A stretch of 64,000 nt of DNA from NCBI RefSeq assembly GCF_963921235.1, contig NC_086097.1, forward strand, positions 50,966,001 through 51,030,000. Reading direction: 5' to 3'. Positions 12,160 through 24,657 of the stretch are shown piece after piece (within the stretch, counting starts at the first letter, position 1; every line of letters begins with the position of its first letter). The notes beneath the pieces were generated by a model, which was not told where the DNA came from, searched no databases, and was given only the letters and a program-made list of their open reading frames with translations. A program made the position numbers and the translations under genes. The DNA comes from Mobula hypostoma (Eukaryota).

Positions 12160-14159
12160 GTAGAAATTAAATAGCTGTTTTGACAAGAATTTATTAATTT
12201 TAAGAAGTCCAGTGGTCAAGGAGAATTTTTCACAGGAAAAGAAAGAATTGTCTAAGTGGCAAAAAAAATGAAGCTTACACTTAAACCAGGTGGCAATTAT
12301 GACAAATGTTTTAGCATATGACTTTCTTTTCATTTTTTTTAATTTTTGAGATAAGATTTAACAAAATTCACACAAAAAATAGGCAAACCATTCCAAATTT
12401 TTGAAAGAACATGAAATTTGTCTCCTGGATGAGATATCTGGTCAAAACACGTATCAAATTACAAATGAAGCAGACAAATGAGCAGCTGTAAATTATGACA
12501 TGTATAACTGTACAATTAATCTTTCTCATTTGTGTGAAAACTCAAAACATACAGTAAAACAATTAGTGGTTTTGCATTACCATCGATGGACGGGATTAAA
12601 GAACTCAAGAAAAGGTGCTGTTAGTGGTAAGTCAGCAATACCCTAAGTAAATCAAGATTCTATCCATTTTGGAGTTTCTCAGTCTCCACAAGTAATGCCA
12701 ACACCTAATTTTTTAGTAGATTTTTTTGTTCCAGTCCTTCCCCAGCCCCCAGGTTAAAAGCATAAAGTAAAATACAATCTTTTGATGTTATTAGGTCTGT
12801 TATTTACTCTTAGAACAAGTAGCTTTTGCCATCCTTGTTTTCCTGAAACCATGCTATTTGAACACTCAACACAAACTGCTTTCCAACCTCACTAATATGT
12901 ATGGCCTCGTGCCACTTCAGACACAGACTGCATTGAATGTTTTGCCTGTGGAGGCCAAGGTCTTAGTCAGTCTCATATTTTGAGCCTCACGATCATCCAG
13001 GTTGTTTCTGTTGTGAATCTTTGCTACACCTCGTAGATCTCAGCTTACTGGTATATTAGGGAGGGTTACCAGAAAACCATTTTCAAGAATATTACTGTTT
13101 TTCATCAGCGCACTAAAGCAGGCAGACCAGGCACAGAATTTACCTACATTTACATTGCAGCTTTCCAAAAGAAAACAGAATTACTGACTGAACAATTGCA
13201 GAACTCCTTCCTGAAAATCCGTCAGGACCTGGATTTAGAGATCAAAACCGCGAAACTAAGGATTGCCAAATGTAAGAACTAGCAATATTTCACTCTGCTA
13301 AAAGTAACATGAAAGAACATTCAAGAGAACACTGCTGTGAAGCTCGTACTTGGTGATTTGTACTTTACAGAGCATTAGGGGAAATGCACAACTGATCTAG
13401 AAAGGCCGAATAGCCTAATTCTACTATGTCTTATGGCCTTATGTAAAGCTGACGTATATTTAGACCTCACACTGAAAAATAGCTTCTTTCCACTTTTCCT
13501 TAACTTTTCAATGGAAGGAAAAATCTTTTTACACCATCAAAAGGTGGTAACTGCCAACAACACAGGATATGGTGGTTGACTCGTCCAGCGAGTTTATACT
13601 AATATGCTTTCTCTCCTCTCCTAGAATATTAGAACTCAGAAGTATAGGTGAAGTATATTTGAACATTTTCAAAAAGGCCTTGTCAAGCTAATTTTCAATT
13701 CTCAGCTTTACGAACAATTTATAAATGTTTGTTCTCAAATGGTTGACCACGTTCCCACTGCAGAGCACAACCTTAAAATCTGCTGCAGGTTCAGGCAAAA
13801 CTAAGATCAAATGGAGTAAACATTTACTTGAAAGTTTGGCAGTATGTGAATTTATAAAAACATAGAGCATTCCTTTCCTTTTATTTCAAAAGAACTTTCT
13901 CTCGTAGATTCACAAAACCATACACAGGAAAAGAAACTTCTTTTTGCAATCCTGAGCTGTTATTCGAGATGACTATTTAAATGTCAAAAAAAATCTTCAA
14001 TAGAAAACTCAGTCTGCCTGGAGTAAAGAAACATTTCCTAGATTAGACAATTTAGGATAGACTAAGAATTTAAATGTAACGAATAGACTCAAACATGTAC
14101 TTATCATATCAAACAGTTAATGATGAACTAATACAGTGAATGATCAAATCAATTGAAAT

Positions 14160-14995
14160 AAACTTAATTATCATTCAACCATAACAGATGCAGTGAATGA
14201 AACCGCATTCCTCTGGACCCAAGGTGCAATACAAACAAAATAGCACATTCAAAAAAGCAGGCAAAGAAGCATATTCACACGAAGAAAAAAAAACACATAT
14301 ATAGTCCAAGACTCTCAGCGACATGCCCCACAATCGTTGGTACAGTCTCCCAGCAGTGCACAGAGCCATGCAAACCAATCTGTCATTCCACTGCTCGAAG
14401 ACAAGAGGGAGCAGCGACAGGAAAGGCTGGACTCCACCTGCCAAGCATGGATGCCACTCTGCACCACCTCTGGCGCTTCCTCACCTGGTCTGCAGCAGTT
14501 GGCAAGCCAGTGACTTGAGACATAGTCCTTGCTGCAACCAAAGCTACACAGCTTCCACGTGCTCTGTTGTGTCACCAGACCAGGGTGACAGACCTGCAGC
14601 AACTTAAATTATCACTGTCCGACAGAGTCTTGCGATTGCTAATGAAATGTCCAAGACAGTCGCCCATGGTTATACCGCACACTGCCTTCATGCACTAAAT
14701 CCGATGTTTCCGTGTAGCAGTCAGCAAGTAGCCAGGTTAGCTCCTCTGAACCCAAACAGGCTCCTTTCCCGACATCTCGGCCAGCTCCACCACCAACACC
14801 ATTCCAGTTTCTCCGATCAACAAGCAGCTCGCTGATGGAGTAGCCCTGCAGTACCCGAAGTTCTTGAAGTAGAATTGTGTTGCGATCATAAAAGACACAT
14901 TTAACAAAGAAAAAAAGCACTTTTGGTTGGCCCCCACCCACCTCCGAGAGGCCACTGCCTGCAAACCCACTGCCATCCCATACCACCGGAAGATG
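14160..14995 (-). mobile_element. Non-autonomous GC-rich element with a Rex1-like 3' tail
   Basis: Minus strand begins CATCTTCCGGTGG...GATGGC. It ends ccagaggaatgcggtttcatt...gaatgataattaa, resembling the tail of 3185-3861. No recognisable protein. Confidence 0.5.
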
Positions 14996-15897
14996 ACCAA
15001 ATTAATAAACTAACGAAACAATTTAAGTTATAATTCTGCAGATTTATGACTTTGTAGTAGACATGGAGATAGAAGCTAACCACTGTTCTGTACTAATAAC
15101 CTGAACGTTTTTGAAAGGCTAGTCTTAAGAACTGAACATGCAAGCAACATAATAAACACATTAATTTTGAAAAAAAAAACACTGCAGATTCTGGAAATTT
15201 GCATTAAAACAGAATGCTCAAAGCAGCCTGTAGATCAGGCAGCAGACAGATGGAGCTACTATATCAGGTAAAATAGCTTGAAAAAAAGCATGATCATGGA
15301 TTTCCATTTCTTCACCTGAGTGAGAAATGTAATTTAAAAGACATGTTTACCTTAAAAGATTCCAAGATAACAATGGATCCAAATCTTTAGTTCCTCCCCC
15401 CCACCCGCCCCGTCATCTTATCCTATGCCCTCTATTTTAGACTCCTCTATCCTGGGAAAAAGATTGCGACCATCCTCCATATCAATGCTTCTATTTCATT
15501 TGGTACATTTTGCTGACTGCCTACATAATTTCCCCTGTTGCATGGAGATGCATTCTATCAGGAAAGGGTTCTCAAGCTTAACTTTAGAAAAGGTGACAGG
15601 ATTTTATCTCAAGTTGTTTATGCCCAAAAAGTCAACTCTATGAAAATAAATTGTGACATAGTCTGCATTTACTTATATTTACTTAGATTAAGTTCAGTTC
15701 CACTTGAAGAGTTGTGCTTGAAACAATTTTGTGTAGTATATAGTAAATAAATATAATTCATTGCTTGAAATCAATGCAATATTTCACAAAAAGATATATT
15801 TTAAAACTCGAAAGGTCTGAAATAAAAATATGCGGTTAAGTAAAACACTTGCAACGATGCTGTTTTTTGGATGTTCATTTTCATTTTCTATATTTAC

Positions 15898-15988
15898 CTT
15901 AGGTAGCTTCCAAAGTAGGCCACAATGTTGGAATGCTTGCACTCCTTTACCATAAATATTTCTTGCTGTATAATGGAAAAGTCATCTC
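15898..15988 (-). CDS. MAP4K5: MAP4K5-like kinase coding exon (91 bp): (G)[29 protein letters not shown](S)
   Basis: Minus strand reads ttttcacag|GAGATGAC...TACCTAAG|gtaaat. It is in frame with both neighbours and encodes the alphaC helix and subdomain IV. Confidence 0.95.
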
Positions 15989-16784
15989 CTGTGAAAAGAA
16001 AAATATTACAGCGCTTCTGTAAATGCTTAGGTTAGCACTCACTTACATTCAAGATCATAAATTACATCCTATGTGACAGTATCTTCCACAAATTCAATTT
16101 CAGACAAATGTTGATCATACCATGCGCTCACCAGAGCAGATGGGACTGGCTTTATTTGACGCCATTCTTTACAATGCAAGCAGAAAAATATTAACGGCTT
16201 CTCAACCTGCTCCTAGAAACAGGTAAGCTAGATTACTGGTTAGTGGTTTAATCAGCAGTCACAGAGAGAGAGTATTAAATATGATTCAAGCAAATAAATG
16301 AAGGCAGATGTGTAGGAACTTAAATATTTATATTTTTAGCTCAGATTCTTGAGAAGAGTATTTAAAGTCATTGTGGATAGATGGGAAAAATCAAATCAAT
16401 CATGAACTTAAGTTGCAAAACAGTTTGAGGAACTAGGTGGCCAATTCCTCCTAAACTGTGGAACAAGGCACATATTTTAATCAGAGCACAAAAACAAATA
16501 CTGAAGGGAGAATGGGTAAAATGATCAAAATGGGCATTGTGATCAAAGCTGGCAATTCAAGGAGGAAAATTATCTTTCCTACTTTAAAAAAAATTCAAGG
16601 TACAAATATACAATGAACTAGTTATGAACTAAAAATACATTGAAGTTTCTTTGTAAGCAGACTGAGGTAAATACTATTGGAGATTTAAAGCACGATTAAA
16701 AATTGAGAGATTGATGACAGGTGCAGGGTGAAATCTGAATAGTGCAGGGGATAGAAGAATCATGGTTGGTTAAAGAGATTAAAG

Positions 16785-17088
16785 ATCAAAGATTAGCTTT
16801 ATTTGTGACATTTACATTGAAATATACAATGAAATGTTATCTGTATTGAGGATTTGCTGGGGGCTGCCTGCAAGTGCTGCAATGCTTCTAGCACTAGCAT
16901 ACCATGCCGACAACTTAACAACCCCAACTTGTATGTCTTTGGAACGTGGTAGGAAACAAGAGTACCCGAAGGAAACACGCGGTCACAGGGAAAACGCACA
17001 AATTCCTCACAGACAGTGGTGGGATTTAAACCCCAATCTTACAGCTGGCACTGTAAAGTGTTATGCTGTTACACTACCATGCTGCCCT
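16785..17088 (-). mobile_element. V-SINE (HE1-like)
   Basis: tRNA-like head (gggcagcatggtagtgtaac...gggtttaaatccc) followed by the V-domain-like ttccctgtgaccgcgtgtttccttcgggtactc. Confidence 0.7.
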
Positions 17089-18479
17089 ATAAATAGTCAG
17101 CGCCCAACAGGGGGCCGAACCAACTCTGGGATTGAGTCCCATGCTATACTGACTCAGCTAGCAAGGCTCAGCTTGGTTTAAAGCTATCAGATCTAATCAG
17201 CACTAAAGATAAAGACATATTCTTCAGTTGTGCAGAACCTGGTAAAGGAGGAAGACCATATTCTGGCTTAACAAACTGTATAGTTTGACTGAGTAATGGG
17301 GATATTCTTGGTAATTTGAGGTGATGAGGTACAACTTAACAAGCAAAATAATCTTTTGGCAATTAAGCTATGTACAATTGGCAAAGGACAAAAGATCACA
17401 AGTTTGAAAATTTTCCTGAAATAATGGACTGGAACTGCCTTAGAAATATTGGCAGTTCCACACAGAACAGAGCACAAGACCAGCGCAAAAACAAAGTTGC
17501 TGGCTGAGCTCTGGCAATTTCCTAGTTTTTCTTGGACACTAAATTCCACAAGATGCCCAGCTGCATGAAGCAAACCAGCTACAGTACTTTTTCCTAGCAC
17601 TTCCACTGGATAATCTGTTCAAGGATTCTTTCAGCAAGTCACGCCAATATATTAAATGGGAGGGGGAAAGGGGTTGTTACAGCTTCTGAATAAAGGCACC
17701 ACAATGATCCTAGCTGATGACAACATGTTCATACTGAAGAAGCAGGAGCATCTGTGCAGATATAGATGGAGTTAATTGTGAGACAATCATTGACACTAGT
17801 ACTGATGCTGGAGAGAGCAGATGTTCCATTGGGAAAGACATCCAAAACTAGACCAGCGTCTTAGTGGCTGGTGCAAGGATAGGTATTCACTGTAAGGATC
17901 AGAAAATACCAGTCAAGTCTTGAATAGGCTCCATGCAATAAATGTTGGAGAGAATACAAAGCAAGCAAGGGCAATAATCACATGACCAGGCAAACCAATT
18001 TGACAAAATTAGGTTGGAAGACAAATTAATGGATTATACCTCTGGCAGTTTTCTGAAATAACAGGTTGCACCAAATAGGAAAAAGGTCTAATATGATGTG
18101 CTAAACCTTGGTTAATCATCAATTTTAATCAAAAATTATCTGCAGAAAATTAATAATTATAAAATTACAACATGAACTTCTGACCCAAGATTTTGCACAG
18201 AAATGCACAAATACCAAAATCCTGAATTTTCTGGCAACAGTTCACCAATATTTTCCTGACTGGGATCCAAATTCAACTTCTGTGAAGAATTCCAGGACAA
18301 AGAACATCTCAGCATAAACACTGAATAGTGTTCAAGTATTTTCATATCCAGTATTCAAAATTAATCTATTAAATCTTAAAAGTTAATGGTGTGAATATTT
18401 TAATATTTTTTTTACTGCTCCCAATATTCTCAGCCAATTCACATGGACTGAATTAAAGTGGAGAGGTTGAGTTTCTGTG

Positions 18480-19095
18480 GTCAGCAATTTCAAACAATTG
18501 CAAAGATGGATCACCTCTCAACCAGCCAAGCTGAATAAGGTTCTGAATACAGCAGCTTCATCTTTAGCAGCCTTGTTCTAGGTTCTGCCATATTTTGATG
18601 ATGGGGTATTCTGCGTTGACCTCTCTATTGACTCCTACAATGTTACAAGGCCCAAGGCCTAAGGAGCAAGACCTCACCTTCCATCTGGACATGCTGAAGT
18701 GTTCCGAGTTCACTTCTTAATTCTCCAAGTTTAGATAAATGGCTTTATTTTTCTTCCTGTATCAGAAGTAGCCATTTCTGCCAGTCTTCCAAATGTAGTT
18801 TTGACCCATATTTTCCCTGCTCAATATTATAGATAGACCAGCAAAACGTGCAACATAACACTGACAAGGAAGCATAATGTGCTTTTAACTGCCGCTTTAA
18901 CCCCATTTGTTTGAGAGACCAGAGATGCTCCCTTTATTTTACCTATCCCTCCTCCATCTTTTCTGTCATTTTGTTTTCCCTCCTGCCTAGTTTTCCATGA
19001 CCTGAAATTTTGTTGCTCTTTTCAGATGATGCCTGATGCTCAGTGTTAATGCATTTTCCATTTTTATTTCATACCTTTAAAATCTGCAATATTTT
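18480..19095 (+). mobile_element. Highly decayed Penelope-like 3' end
   Basis: Remnant of the LEEQHLIFRLG-coding region (ctaaggagcaagacctcaccttccatctgg) and a degenerate pLTR. Confidence 0.45.
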
Positions 19096-19413
19096 AATAT
19101 AATGTAATTTTATTTTAAAATCTGGAAACTCTCAGGAGCTTAGGCAACACCTTTATAAAGAGAAACTGTTTACCTTTGACAGAACAGGGAGAGACAAAAA
19201 TTAATGATCTGCAGTATTTTTCAAAAAAGTTTATCTTGTTCAATTTTAACTGAATATTTCTCGTCACATTTTTTCACCCAACTGCAATATCTTTTAACAT
19301 TGAGTTTATTGTCATTAGTACAAGTACAGTACGATGAAAGACTTGCTTGTAGCAGTATTACAGGCACACGTTCCACATATAGTACATAAATGATAGAAGA
19401 CAGTTATCAATGT

Positions 19414-20170
19414 ATCATCATCATCAGGTGCCATGCCCAGATTGAGCTTTGACTGCCATGGCCCACACACCCCTGTTTCGGGTCAAATGGATCAATTCAT
19501 TGGTATTTATTTCCAGTTCTCTGGCTGCTGTCTCCATCATCATTTGTCTTTGTCTTCATCTTGCTTTCTTCCCATAATAACCGTGCATTCTAACTCCTCT
19601 TTCCTAATCACATGTCCAATGAAGTTACGTTGCCTTTTCATGATCTCATACATTATTTCTCTTTTTGTGTTTGCTCTGTTCATGACATCCTCATTAGATA
19701 TTCATTTCGTCCATGATATTCTTTGCATCCTCCTCAAAAACCGCATCTGCGCTGCTTTAATTCGTTTCCTCATGTTACTGGATATTGTCCAACATTCTGA
19801 GCCATATAACATAACTGGATAAACGTAACATTTCAGTACCCTGAGGTGGGTTGTCATGCCTAGTTTAGTAGTGGTTAGTATACTCTTCATTCTCGTAAAG
19901 GTGTCTTTTGCCATCCTTATTCTTCTTTTGATGTCCATGTCGCACCTGCCATCTGATGTCACCCAGTTTCCTAAGTAGCAAAAGTCCTGTACTTGTTTTA
20001 TGTCTTCCCTGTTTATTCTCAGCCTGCAGATAGGATTCTCCTTCTTTTTGAATATCACCATCCATTTTTGCAATTGATAGACAGACCCATTTTTGCACTT
20101 TCTTCAACAATTCTATCAATTAAGTTTTGTAGTTCTTCCTCTGTACTTGCAATGAACACAATTATCAGCG
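19414..20170 (-). mobile_element. RTE-clade LINE 3' fragment
   Basis: ORF 19702-20073 reads FCYLGNWVTSDGRCDMDIKRRI...VYPVMLYGSECWT. (GAT)n tail at about 19414-19426. Confidence 0.85.
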
Positions 20171-22948
20171 TAAACTTTATTTATTATCTAACATCTGTTT
20201 TACATATTTCACCCTTTAGGTGTCACCATACTTCCATTTTCAATACACATTTCTCCAACAGCCTGCTTTCTTAATTTACCCAAAATTTGACCTCTTCACA
20301 ACTAATTCACAGTTTACTTTTTTTTTCTTACATGTTTAGATACAGTGAAAAGGAGCATCAGTAGTTTCAGTGTCTTAAAGATAATAAACAATGCAGGCCT
20401 TCAAAGGAGTGAGAAAACTGTTAAAATTACTGTTCAATTTGCATTAGGTTTCTTGCTCTTATCTTCCTGTCACATGATATTTTACAACCAACATAATAAG
20501 ATGATTGATATCACATTCTAGACATAGGAAAACATTTATCAGCCTAAAAGATTCTCATTTGATAATCTAGAATCCAGCTCTCTCTAGAGTATTGAAATAA
20601 GCATGCCCCAAAGCAAAAAAATGTGAAGAGTTAGAGTGGAGCTCTTGCTGGGAACTTCTCGCTATCCTTTGTCACTTTTCATATATCTCACCAATGTTTT
20701 CTCTACATTAAGGAATTGTCACCAGCATTATATAATTTTAAATGCTTGAGTGCAATGTACTAATACTTTAAAATCTTTATATTAATGCAAGAGAAAAAAT
20801 AATCCCAAGGTAATTAATGTATTCAGGCTCAGGGACTTCAAGCCTGAATTTTTGTGCAAATGTCAAATGTAAATAAAACACATCCTTACATATGGAAGGA
20901 TACTGATACACTAATTCAACATCAAAAAGCATGAACTCACGATGAATTTAGCCATGACCATACCGAGTGGCAGAGCAGGCTCAAGAGGGTGAACAGCTTA
21001 CTCCTGTTTACTAATATGTATTATGCATAGTTAAAGTCAGAGCTATGTAAGTTTGGAAACAGGTCCATTCCTCAGTCCATTTACCCAGTTAATCAAGATC
21101 CCTTGTTATCAAAAATTACCTTTTTAGATAAACTTTTCACTGCCTATTTTAGTGTCGTCTGCGCTTACTAATTATGCCAAACTAAATTAAGTTTCTCTAC
21201 AATGCAGCATGTAACGTGTGAAAGCTTTACACTGAAACCTTGGTTTGGAAAAAAAATGTGTGAAGCAGACACAGCACAAAATACTGGTTAAGTACAGTTA
21301 CAAGGATTTCTTCAGCTTGTCCCAACCAATGCTGTGCTATCCTTTTTGTGGATATTAAAAGTCCCTAGTCCAGTCAACATTGCTGCATGGATATTCCGAG
21401 GCTACTAGATTCCAAACAATATCACGTAAAGTCCTGCCCGCAGTGAAGTCAAATTTATGGTCAAATACACAAGTACATGCATGCATGAATAAAATGAAAA
21501 ATTTAATTGCAGGAACGTCACAGGCGCATAGCATCATAAAGCAGCCCTCACATGATAAACAAACACAAGCTACACATGATTTTTACTAGACAGAACACAA
21601 TGACAAAAAATAAATCCATTTGAGACAATAGCCCCAACCTAACCAATCTTTCACAAGTAAAATTCTACATCTTTGGTCAATATTCTATCACATTTCCCAT
21701 GTATTTCATCAACTGCTATCGTATCCTTCCTTCATCTGTGCACAATTTTCTGATGGGACATGACGTGTTCCTGAACTTTCCTGCTCCTGTATATATGCCA
21801 CAACCAAAGGTTAATATTTTGTGTGTTATATGCTTCCAGGTCTGTTTCTGTACATTCCTCAATACTGCATTTTCCAGCCATTGCACCATTCCTAAATGCA
21901 TTAACGTTAACTTCTCCACTTGGATCAAGTAGATTCACCCCTCCGGACATCTCGCTAACCTACGTCCTGTATTTAAAATGACAGTATGACCCAGCCTCTG
22001 CTGATGCTGCTTGTTAGTTACCAGCAGCTGCTGCAACAGGCAGGTCAGAGCGTGCAGAACACACCTTTTTCTACATTCCACTCCCTTCCCCCTACTACAC
22101 ATTCAGCTGCGCTCTCAATATACAACTTTCAACCACCAGAAAGACATTTCAAAACTTTGATTTTATCCTAACTGAAATAATGATCTTTCTCCTGATTGTA
22201 ATCATAAAAAATGTACTCAAGAAATAACTCAGTCGCTAAAATATTTTAAACTTTGCTGTTAATTTAGTATTCATTATTTCTCTAATTTCTTAAAGAGATA
22301 GGAGGCTGCTACTTGGTCCAAAGTGTTTAGTTCTCAAAGTATTTTCATCATTCCCTTCCCTCATTTATTACACCTAATCTGCTGATCCAAGGTTGGAGAG
22401 AGAATTACACAAGCTCCAATGACCTGTAACCATAAAGACAAGGGGAAGAGGAAGAGAGGGGGAAATACCAGTACGATTTTTATCACCTCCCTTACTGGAA
22501 TGTTTTTAGATAGAGCTTGTACAGAGTTGGTAAGCCATATGACTGCCAACTGCACTATAGACATTCAAGATAATGTATTTCTTGCAAAGGAAAGCCCAAA
22601 ATATTCAACTATATACATTTCATTGTTCAAATGAACACAAATTTCTGAAGTTTGCAAAAGAATATGGGTCACGTAGTAGTATCAAGTAGTAAATCAAGTA
22701 GTATGCATCAATTTTTACACTGAACAGAAAGTTTTGTATTGTAGATTTTGCAGTTTCTACAAGAATTCCTAAAGAAGTCTTTCAAAACAAGAAAATTATT
22801 TCAAACATTGACAAAGTTGACGTGCTACAATATCTCAAATGATGCTACACATTGTAACTTGCACACAAGTTTTACTTTATTCCATAGGGAAAGATCTGTA
22901 ATTCAGCAAGGAACACCACAAGCAGCTCAAAATTTGGTGGGTGGTGGG

Positions 22949-22993
22949 GTGTGCGTGTGTGCACGCGCGCGCGCACACACACACACACACACA
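22949..22993. repeat. Compound (GT)/(CG)/(CA) microsatellite
   Basis: gtgtgcgtgtgtgcacgcgcgcgcgcacacacac... is an uninterrupted alternating purine-pyrimidine tract. Confidence 0.95.
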
Positions 22994-23688
22994 ACTCTTG
23001 ATTCATTACTTTCCTTACTTTATTAACATTAAAGCATTCAATTTTACTTCACTTTTTGATTCACCTACATATGACGATTTCCTTTCAATTAATTAAGATG
23101 AACAAGTTTTCTTAAACATCAAACGGCCTCAATTACATATCACACAAATATGGCTGTTGTGTGGCTGCCTTAAACTGAACTGCATAGAAGATTAGTTGAA
23201 AGATAGAAAGTAGTAACAAATAATTTCAGGTCAGACCGTTAGTAGAAGGATGACTAGAGGAATAATTCCTTGGCGCAAGAGGATTTAAATTTATATGAAT
23301 AAACACAGATGAAAAGATAGCAGCATTTCCAAATTTTCTGATAACATGAAAACTTGGTTTTTATATTAAGATACAGTAAGAATGCAAAGAGATACAGGTA
23401 GACTAACAAAGTGTGATAAATGGAGTATAATATAGAAAAATGAATGCTTTTGTACTTTGTAGGATGAAATTAAAAAATTCTAGATGATTAAAGTCAACAA
23501 TGCACAGAAGGACTTTGGTGGGGTATGTTGGTACATATAACATGCATGTACAGCAAGATATCAGGAAGGCAAATGTTTCTTAGCTTTTACTGCCAGGCTG
23601 CTTGAAGTGCAAAAGCCTTGCTGAAATTGCACAAGACTTTGAGAGACCTAATCTGAATTATTATGGGCACTTTTTTGTTTCTCTAGGG

Positions 23689-23768
23689 CAGAGGTTCCCA
23701 ACCTTTTTTATAACATGGACCAATACCATTAAGCAAGGGGTCCATGGACCCCAGCTTCGGAGCCCTTG
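23689..23768. mobile_element. 80-bp hAT (Charlie-like) MITE
   Basis: Imperfect TIRs CAGAGGTTCCCAACC / GCTTCGGAGCCCTTG. Exact 8-bp TSD CTCTAGGG at 23681-23688 and 23769-23776. It sits in an old CR1 remnant (about 23150-23980). Confidence 0.85.
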
Positions 23769-24329
23769 CTCTAGGGCAATGGATTATACTAGAAGAAGAA
23801 ATTGGATAAGATTAACATATTGGAATTTAATACACTGAAGTGATTGAGGCATAAGATTTTGTGACAAGCTGGCAGGACAGATTTCAAGTGTTTACTTCCT
23901 TCATCTGCAAATTCTGGGTGCAAAGCCACAAAATATGTGGTCCCACTTTTACACTAGATCAGGGAGAAAAGTTTCATGCATAACTAACAGGTGAAAGAAC
24001 AAGGGGCTGCATGCCCGATCCCACCAATTTGAATGGTCTGTACCACCATTCAAATACAACTGACAGGTATTGATCTATACATGTTAAATCATTGCAAAAT
24101 AAGAATCTATTAACACATTTTGGAAATTTCAGTTGACCCAGTACCATTTGTAAAAAAAAGGTTACAGACTTAGCTTAGCTTAAATTTAATTCCCTCCTAT
24201 ACTCCCTTACATTGCCACCCAAACCCAAAACATTTGTCTTTAAAACCACCATAGAAAATAACTTAAGCAACATACATCAAAGTTGCTGGTGAACGCAGCA
24301 GGCCAAGCAGCATCTATAGGAAGAGGTGC

Positions 24330-24365
24330 AGTCGACGTTTCAGGCCGAGACCCTTCGTCAGGACT
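24330..24365 (-). ncRNA. Minimal type I hammerhead ribozyme motif in the Penelope pLTR
   Basis: Minus strand reads AGTC-CTGACGA-AGGGTCTCGGCCT-GAAA-CG-TC-GACT. It has stem I AGTC/GACT, both core boxes, a short stem II, a palindromic ACGT stem III and a GUC site. Confidence 0.8.
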
Positions 24366-24657
24366 AACTGAAGGAAGAGTGAGTAAGGGATTTGAAAGTT
24401 GGGGGGGGGGGGGAGATCCAAAATGATAGGAGAAGACAGGAGGGGGAGGGATAGAGCCGAGAGCTGGACAGGTGATAGGCAAAAGGGGATACAAGAGGAT
24501 CATGGGACAGGAGGTCCGGGAAGAAAGACGGGGGGGGGTGACCCAGAGGATGGGCAAGAGGCATATTCAGAGGGACAGAGGGAGAAAAAGGAGAGTGAGA
24601 GAAAGAATGTGTGCATAAAAATAAGTAACAGATGGGGTACGAGGGGGAGGCGGGGCC

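Noticed and set aside
12700..13350. Possible L1/Tx1 ORF1 remnant (RNNL-like on the minus strand)
   Set aside because: A single short motif is too little to support a call.
21960..22110. Non-repetitive, moderately GC-rich stretch that might be an enhancer or alternative exon (also about 47400-47680)
   Set aside because: No splice-consistent frame, and conservation cannot be judged without alignments.
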